In this document: positions 58,499 to 64,000 of the stretch, one piece after another
Layout: the number at the start of each line of letters is the position of its first letter
Position numbering within the stretch: the stretch's first letter is position 1
Notes under the pieces: model-generated
Database searches by the model: none
Told to the model about the DNA's origin: nothing
Seen by the model: only the letters and a program-made list of their open reading frames with translations
DNA from: an uncultured virus (IMG/VR IMGVR_UViG_3300034629_000093)
Taxonomy: Duplodnaviria > Heunggongvirae > Uroviricota > Caudoviricetes
Direction: 5' to 3' (one strand)
DNA: 64,000 bases
IMG/VR virus record: IMGVR_UViG_3300034629_000093
Made by a program: the position numbers and the translations under genes

Positions 58499-58576
58499 AA
58501 CTAAATGGTCTATTCGTTATTGGTTCACTAACTCCTAAATTCTAACTCCTAAATTCTAACTCCTACATCCTAAAAC

Positions 58577-59032
58577 CTACTCCGGCACCGCAATTCCATG
58601 CTGCTCCAATAACCGCAAAAACAAGTCATTTCTATTCTCCAGAGCCTTGTTATCATCCTCCAGTTGACGAACCTGTTCCAGAAGTTCCTCCGATTCGCTC
58701 TTATGTCGCTCCTCGATACGTAGCATCTCCTTCTTATACCGCTCCTCAAGCTCCTTCTTCTCCGATTTATGCCGATCAATAACCTTGATCAACTCCGTCT
58801 TAATTCGGTCAAGTTCCTTCTGTACATTACCACGTTCACTCTCCAGTCGGGCCATCATCTCCGATGCTTGTTTAAATACTTTATCCTGTAAATTCGCCTC
58901 CGCCGTAGTATGTTCCGCGATGTCCTTACTGTTTTGTCTAAAAAAATTAAACAACCAAACCAAGCCACCACCCAGCGCTGTCCCTATCGCAATCAACAAA
59001 CTCACCCAAGCCACTAAATTCTCATTCATCAT
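58577..59032 (-). CDS. TM plus coiled-coil protein (lysis region)
   Basis: N-terminal TM followed by a long charged coiled coil. Confidence 0.65.
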   Translation of the reverse strand: MMNENLVAWVSLLIAIGTALGGGLVWLFNFFRQNSKDIAEHTTAEANLQDKVFKQASEMMARLESERGNVQKELDRIKTELIKVIDRHKSEKKELEERYKKEMLRIEERHKSESEELLEQVRQLEDDNKALENRNDLFLRLLEQHGIAVPE

Positions 59033-59423
59033 GCAGCTCCTTAAACCGTTGATAATTTCGTTCCTTAATATCATTAACACTATTGATCAGCTTAGAAAGA
59101 GCAGTACTCTTAACCAGTAAAGTAGACGCAATTGCCAATCCGATATGGGCACCTGTATTAAGAAATAAGCTAAAGAGGCTCTTATGCTCCAACGCCTCAA
59201 AAAACAACTCAAAATTAAATATCCAACGGGCTATATGCATAAAATATCCGGTAAAAGCACACAGTAGAAAAACTATACTCAGATAAAAAAACACCCGCTG
59301 CGTTTCAGCCTTCTCACTAAGGCGATATGCCCGCCAAGTCTGCCATGCAAAAGAAGCATATGTAAGAATGATCACAACATTACACACATGCAAAATCAAC
59401 TGTAAGCAAATATATAGCCACAT
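59022..59423 (-). CDS. Three-TM membrane protein
   Basis: Three hydrophobic helices. Confidence 0.65.
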   Translation of the reverse strand: MWLYICLQLILHVCNVVIILTYASFAWQTWRAYRLSEKAETQRVFFYLSIVFLLCAFTGYFMHIARWIFNFELFFEALEHKSLFSLFLNTGAHIGLAIASTLLVKSTALSKLINSVNDIKERNYQRFKELHDE

Positions 59424-59425
59424 AA

Positions 59426-62400
59426 TTAATTAGCCTCCTCAATCATGGTTTTATACTCATCGGCAAACTCCTTCATGCTAGAAATAGCATCCTTAGCAGC
59501 CTCATCATCACCCATTTCCATATACTGCTGAATCAGTTCATCATAAGGACGGTACACCTGTTGGTAAAAATTATTATAATACTCATACTCAATCTCTTGG
59601 TCCGTAGTACGGGCATCGCCAAGTTTACGTAAATAGTAGGTAGAGCTGATCATGCGCAAAACATCATCCCCATACTCCAATCTCCGGGCATTCGTTTTAG
59701 CATCCTCCAAATTCTGTTCTTCGCTCTGTTTCTCCTTCAGTCCGTAATTAGTACTTTTGATCATTCTATTCAGGATCGGCGTAGTCTGCAGTATCACTTC
59801 ATCCCAACTCTCAGCATGTTCATTATAAGTAACCAAGCTGGTAACACCCGTCTGGTTCACCGACCACTGCACCATCTTCTTCAAAGCCGGAACAGGATTC
59901 TCCTTCCGCGCTTTATGCATACGAGTAGGTAATATCGGTCTGTCGCGCCAATCATCCTTAGGATTACTACCGCTCAGATACTGCCCCCATTTCGATAAAG
60001 TAACCAACGCCGGGGCCGGTCCTGGCAATTCATCAGCACCTAAATCAAACACCCCATTCCAATCAGAACGATTATCCTCAGCTAGTACACCCGTAAGCTT
60101 CCAAATCACAGAACTCATCAATCGCGCACTCTCATCCTGGGGAACACGTAAATAAACAGCCTCTTTATTAGTGCCTTCACCTTTCCACCCCAAAGGGATA
60201 ACCGTATAATTCGTTTTATCATATTCCGTAACACGATCATAAAACTCCTGCAATTCCTTACCCATCCACCCAAGCAAAGCGCCACGTACCAATAATTTTG
60301 GTAACATGGAAGTCATAATCATGCGGAACCACCACGCCCCTCTGGTTTTGGGATTAGTAGCAACTTCAATATCCGCCTTATAACCCTGTACCATAATGTT
60401 ACTGAACATATAAATGCTGTTCGTGAAATTCTTATCAGCACCACCCGCTTTAAAATTCGGAGTTCCAAAATGATTCCGTATCCTATAACTACGTTGTTCT
60501 TTAGAAACACCTTCCGCTTCCAGAATATCACTAGCCACTAACTTAGGCAATATCTCAAGCATACTACCTTTCTGGCGGATATTAGCCAACAATTTAGGCA
60601 TCCATTGAACGGCTTTATTCTTCTCCAGTTGCTTTTGAACCCAATTCTTTTGTCCGTCAATTAAATGGAACCGCTCCATTTGTCTACCCAACGCATCGCC
60701 TCTATCCTTAAAAACCAATCCCTCACCCGGTGGGGTTATAGCAAAATCATCGATCAACTTCCGTATTTTAGGATTACTGATCTCGCCCTTACTATAAGCC
60801 TTCGCTGTTTGCCAATTATCAATATATCCCTTCATTATTCGAACAGGATGTTTCAATTCCCTTTTTATTACGCTTGAATAATCAGCCATCTTATTACCGG
60901 TCTTTTCTACAGGAAGAATAAGATTTCGATACAGTCGTCCAGAATCCCTTTTAGGGTTGCTCCAGAATATAAAACCAGGGTTATAAGTAATAAACAATGG
61001 CCGGTAAACACTCTCATTCGAAGCCCGCACCAACTTAACAAACCAATTCAGCATCTTAGGGTTCGTATAGTCAAACACTTTCGCTATATAAGGATCTATG
61101 TTATAAGCAACCCGTTGCCCGTTCTCCAACACAAACAAGTGTTCCAAACCCGGTTCCTTAGCAAACTTGCCATCACCCAAGTATTTAGCCTTACTTATCT
61201 CATCACTAAAATGATTAGCCCAGGTATCCCGCACTCCACGCTTCGCGCGGTTAATAGCGTTCGTCTGTATTAGAGCCACCGTCTTTAACAGCGTAGCATC
61301 AAACGTCGATCCCACATCCTTCAGGGTTCCCGAACTCTCCTGAATAGCCGAAGTCACATAATCCGGATACTGTATATAATCCAGCACTCTAAAAGTTGCA
61401 TAATTATACTTATTAGGCTCAATGATCTTCTCAAACAACTCACGGCTATACACGCCTTCCTCAACAGCTTGCTCCACAAACTCAAAATTCAACTCTTGGA
61501 ACCTTCGTGCCGATTGCTCCAATAACTCAAACTGTTCGCTACCCAGCTCCATATGCATATTATCCAGCAACTCCTGCGAAGCCTCCGAAGTCAACCCACC
61601 CGGGTTCGCCATATACGCCCGACCGTACTTCTTCTTCTCAGCATCCAAAGCCTCATCACTCTCCCTCAAAAAATCTGTTACTTCATCACTCTGCACTCTG
61701 TCACTTTGCAACTCTGCACTTTTCCCCTCATTCGCAATTCTATTAAACAACAAAAACTTATGCAGCTCTAACGTAGTCATTCCCGCATCTTCAATCGGTT
61801 TAGCCACCTGTTCACCCACATCATACAAATAAGCGGAAGTCACATTATCCTTATAATCCAGTTCCTCCAATAAATACGTAGGATCTTCGGCAGCCCTGAT
61901 CGTTTTACCGGCTAACTTAGCCTCATTAACCTTCTTAATAATAGGGTGGTACTTATTAACGATACTCTGCTTAAAAGAATCCACAAAATCCTGCTTCGCA
62001 TTCTCACGCTCCTCAATCAAAGCAAGGTTCAAATCCTCTGAACTATAAAAAGACTGGTTGATTGTCTCATTCCGTAAACGCAATAACCGCTCACGGCCAC
62101 CCGTAAGTAAAGCCTGTAATTCAGCAAACTGCGTTTTAACTTCCGGTTTATTATCAAGCTGCTCAAAAAATTCAGCATAAAAAGTAGGGGCGTTCTTTTG
62201 CAATGTACCGGGGCTAACCAATAAAGCACTCAATGCATCCGCGTACAGCTCCGCACTACTACGGCGATACATTAAGAAATCCGCGCTAACCTCAGCTTCC
62301 TCAAACGGTCTCCACGCTTTAGAATGGGCATACAATTCATCAAACAGCGCTTTGTTATCCAGCAACCCACGATTCTCTATCTCCCGCTTTACATACTCCT

Positions 62401-64000
62401 GGTATCGCTCCTTAATACCATCGCTTAAACTAGCCTTCAAGTCCTTATCATTAATATACTCCTGAAGCGTAATACCCGATTCATCGATCACCGCTTTCTC
62501 AGCCATACGTCTCAATTTCGCACGGTCCTTCGTACTCAGTGCCTCGCCACGGCTCGCACTACCTTCAGCCGTCGTCTTTAAATACTTACGCAACGTCAAT
62601 AAACGACCAAGAATATTGCCACGGCTCATCGTTTGTTCAGGTAGATAATCGATCAAATGGCCGATCTCATGCGCCAACACTTGCGAAGCCAGTTTGGTAT
62701 CCTTAAAAATAGAAGCCTTCAACGCAATTTTACCATCACCAACCGGGTAAAAAACACCACGCGTACTCGTAAATCGAGTACTTATCGAAGGAGCACTCCC
62801 TGTAAGTTCCCGCGTAAAAGTAACCAGTTCCGGCAACTCAAGACCGGTAATATTCTCCAGTTCACCCAATGTAACCTCACGTTGCCGGCCATACTCATCC
62901 ACCACTTCGATCTGCTTCGCCTCCGCCAACTTCCTATCCACATTCAACGGATTCGAACCACCCTCAAACTCCCCACCAAAACCCTCAGTAGTTCCATCCG
63001 CAAAACCCGATCTTTTTGGTGAGGCTTGTTTTTTAACCGGTACATTATTATCTCTAAAGTTCTTTAATTCCTCGATCTCCTTATTAATTTCAGCTTCGCG
63101 ATTTTTTAATTTATCTGAATAGTATTTGATATTCCATTCATCATTTTTTTCTTGAGCATCTGTAAGATTCTTTTTATCAAAATTCCAGCTCCAATCATTT
63201 TCAAAGTTTTCTAACTGGGATATTTTAGAATCTATACTAGCTCCATTCATTTTAACGTTAGTTAATAATGGTGTATAAATGCTTGCATTAGGCTTACTTG
63301 CTGGCATTACTACAGCAAAGCGGCGGTTATCATCCTTATCCAAAATAATAACTCCTTTTTTCGGAGCATCAAGACGTATCTCTAAATTTTTAGATCCAAG
63401 CTCCTTTAAAGACCTAACAGCGCGACCTAGATTCTCCGCAGCTAAATATACCTCCATCCCCGGCTCGGTAGTTATTTTGTGGAACAGGTTATCTTTTTGT
63501 TTATAGTTTTTGAAAAAACGATTAAAACGTTCGTTTGCATAAATTTGTTCTATAACATCATTACTTAAATCTGCCGTAAATATATATGTATCAGAATCCG
63601 GTACTACAGCTTTCCAATTCGGGAATTTTTCATTAATCATATCCCCAGTCTTAGGATTAACAACTTTAGATTTTTTTATTCTACTATCTGGAGTTACAAC
63701 CATTTTATATCCATCTGTAGCTACTTTAACTCCTTCATCGGTATCATAATAAACCCCTTGTAATGCGGGCCTTAAATCGTCTTTAGAAACAACAATACTA
63801 ATCGGATTATCTTTTTCCCACTTTTTTAATGCTGGTATTTTAGAGGTTAGAGGAGGTGTAAACTCAATCTCATCTGTAATATCGAGGTCAATCTTATCCT
63901 TAACGAGTGGTATTTTATCTATACTCTTTGAGTACGGTGCTAAAAACTCCGGTATTGTTTTCTGATTCACTTCTTCAGATTTAGTACTCTTTAAATACTT
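59426..64000 (-). CDS. Large polyvalent phage protein (5' truncated): clamp-like domain, HExxH zincin, LPD38-like C-terminus
   Basis: Frame open to the window edge; DDLRPALQGVY..VATDG..FPNWK; LAHEIGHLID; YDKTNYTVIP...YLRVP. Confidence 0.75.
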   Translation of the reverse strand, partial: KYLKSTKSEEVNQKTIPEFLAPYSKSIDKIPLVKDKIDLDITDEIEFTPPLTSKIPALKKWEKDNPISIVVSKDDLRPALQGVYYDTDEGVKVATDGYKMVVTPDSRIKKSKVVNPKTGDMINEKFPNWKAVVPDSDTYIFTADLSNDVIEQIYANERFNRFFKNYKQKDNLFHKITTEPGMEVYLAAENLGRAVRSLKELGSKNLEIRLDAPKKGVIILDKDDNRRFAVVMPASKPNASIYTPLLTNVKMNGASIDSKISQLENFENDWSWNFDKKNLTDAQEKNDEWNIKYYSDKLKNREAEINKEIEELKNFRDNNVPVKKQASPKRSGFADGTTEGFGGEFEGGSNPLNVDRKLAEAKQIEVVDEYGRQREVTLGELENITGLELPELVTFTRELTGSAPSISTRFTSTRGVFYPVGDGKIALKASIFKDTKLASQVLAHEIGHLIDYLPEQTMSRGNILGRLLTLRKYLKTTAEGSASRGEALSTKDRAKLRRMAEKAVIDESGITLQEYINDKDLKASLSDGIKERYQEYVKREIENRGLLDNKALFDELYAHSKAWRPFEEAEVSADFLMYRRSSAELYADALSALLVSPGTLQKNAPTFYAEFFEQLDNKPEVKTQFAELQALLTGGRERLLRLRNETINQSFYSSEDLNLALIEERENAKQDFVDSFKQSIVNKYHPIIKKVNEAKLAGKTIRAAEDPTYLLEELDYKDNVTSAYLYDVGEQVAKPIEDAGMTTLELHKFLLFNRIANEGKSAELQSDRVQSDEVTDFLRESDEALDAEKKKYGRAYMANPGGLTSEASQELLDNMHMELGSEQFELLEQSARRFQELNFEFVEQAVEEGVYSRELFEKIIEPNKYNYATFRVLDYIQYPDYVTSAIQESSGTLKDVGSTFDATLLKTVALIQTNAINRAKRGVRDTWANHFSDEISKAKYLGDGKFAKEPGLEHLFVLENGQRVAYNIDPYIAKVFDYTNPKMLNWFVKLVRASNESVYRPLFITYNPGFIFWSNPKRDSGRLYRNLILPVEKTGNKMADYSSVIKRELKHPVRIMKGYIDNWQTAKAYSKGEISNPKIRKLIDDFAITPPGEGLVFKDRGDALGRQMERFHLIDGQKNWVQKQLEKNKAVQWMPKLLANIRQKGSMLEILPKLVASDILEAEGVSKEQRSYRIRNHFGTPNFKAGGADKNFTNSIYMFSNIMVQGYKADIEVATNPKTRGAWWFRMIMTSMLPKLLVRGALLGWMGKELQEFYDRVTEYDKTNYTVIPLGWKGEGTNKEAVYLRVPQDESARLMSSVIWKLTGVLAEDNRSDWNGVFDLGADELPGPAPALVTLSKWGQYLSGSNPKDDWRDRPILPTRMHKARKENPVPALKKMVQWSVNQTGVTSLVTYNEHAESWDEVILQTTPILNRMIKSTNYGLKEKQSEEQNLEDAKTNARRLEYGDDVLRMISSTYYLRKLGDARTTDQEIEYEYYNNFYQQVYRPYDELIQQYMEMGDDEAAKDAISSMKEFADEYKTMIEEAN

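Larger units (their letters stand above)
37596..64000. mobile_element. Temperate integrase prophage (right part outside window)
   Basis: att, integrase, repressor/cro, xis, replication, methylases, lysis and large virion-type protein. Confidence 0.9.

Noticed and set aside
1..64000. Stop-codon reassignment in either prophage
   Set aside because: Genes are full length and tightly packed under the standard code, and all three stop codons are used.

Overview
The window holds two different prophages separated by about 6 kb of host genes; the host is probably a Balneolaceae/Bacteroidota-superphylum bacterium (inference from gene style). (1) 1 to ~31,200: a Mu-like transposable prophage. Virion genes run leftwards on the - strand (terminase, PBSX-type portal/protease/capsid, MuF, lysis genes, duplicated tail-tube-like genes, a frameshifted tail chaperone, tape measure). 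The repressor is central and the early operon runs rightwards (DUF3164, GemA-like, DDE transposase, AAA ATPase). The left end is outside the window. (2) ~31,290-37,400: host FMN reductase, two-component genes and one orphan. (3) ~37,596 to >64,000: an integrase-type prophage inserted at a probable tRNA-Leu 3' end, with repressor, replication initiator, DnaB, SSB, two DNA methyltransferases, a lysis cassette and a large polyvalent protein cut by the window edge. The strongest unexplained structure is an integron-like array of three gene cassettes inside prophage 2 (54.5-55.75 kb). Each cassette is bounded by its own perfect GTT.../...AAC inverted repeat and joined by attC-like hairpins, with no IntI in the window. 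Other notable features are a boxB/boxA-led cluster of structured RNAs including a ~195-nt tRNA-like molecule (43.05-43.67 kb), 7-8-mer tandem repeats and REP-like palindromes at gene junctions and in frame inside phage proteins, a Gly/Ser micropeptide paired with a membrane-anchored TPR protein, and regulatory motifs readable directly from the sequence. All family assignments are from motif recognition, not database searches.
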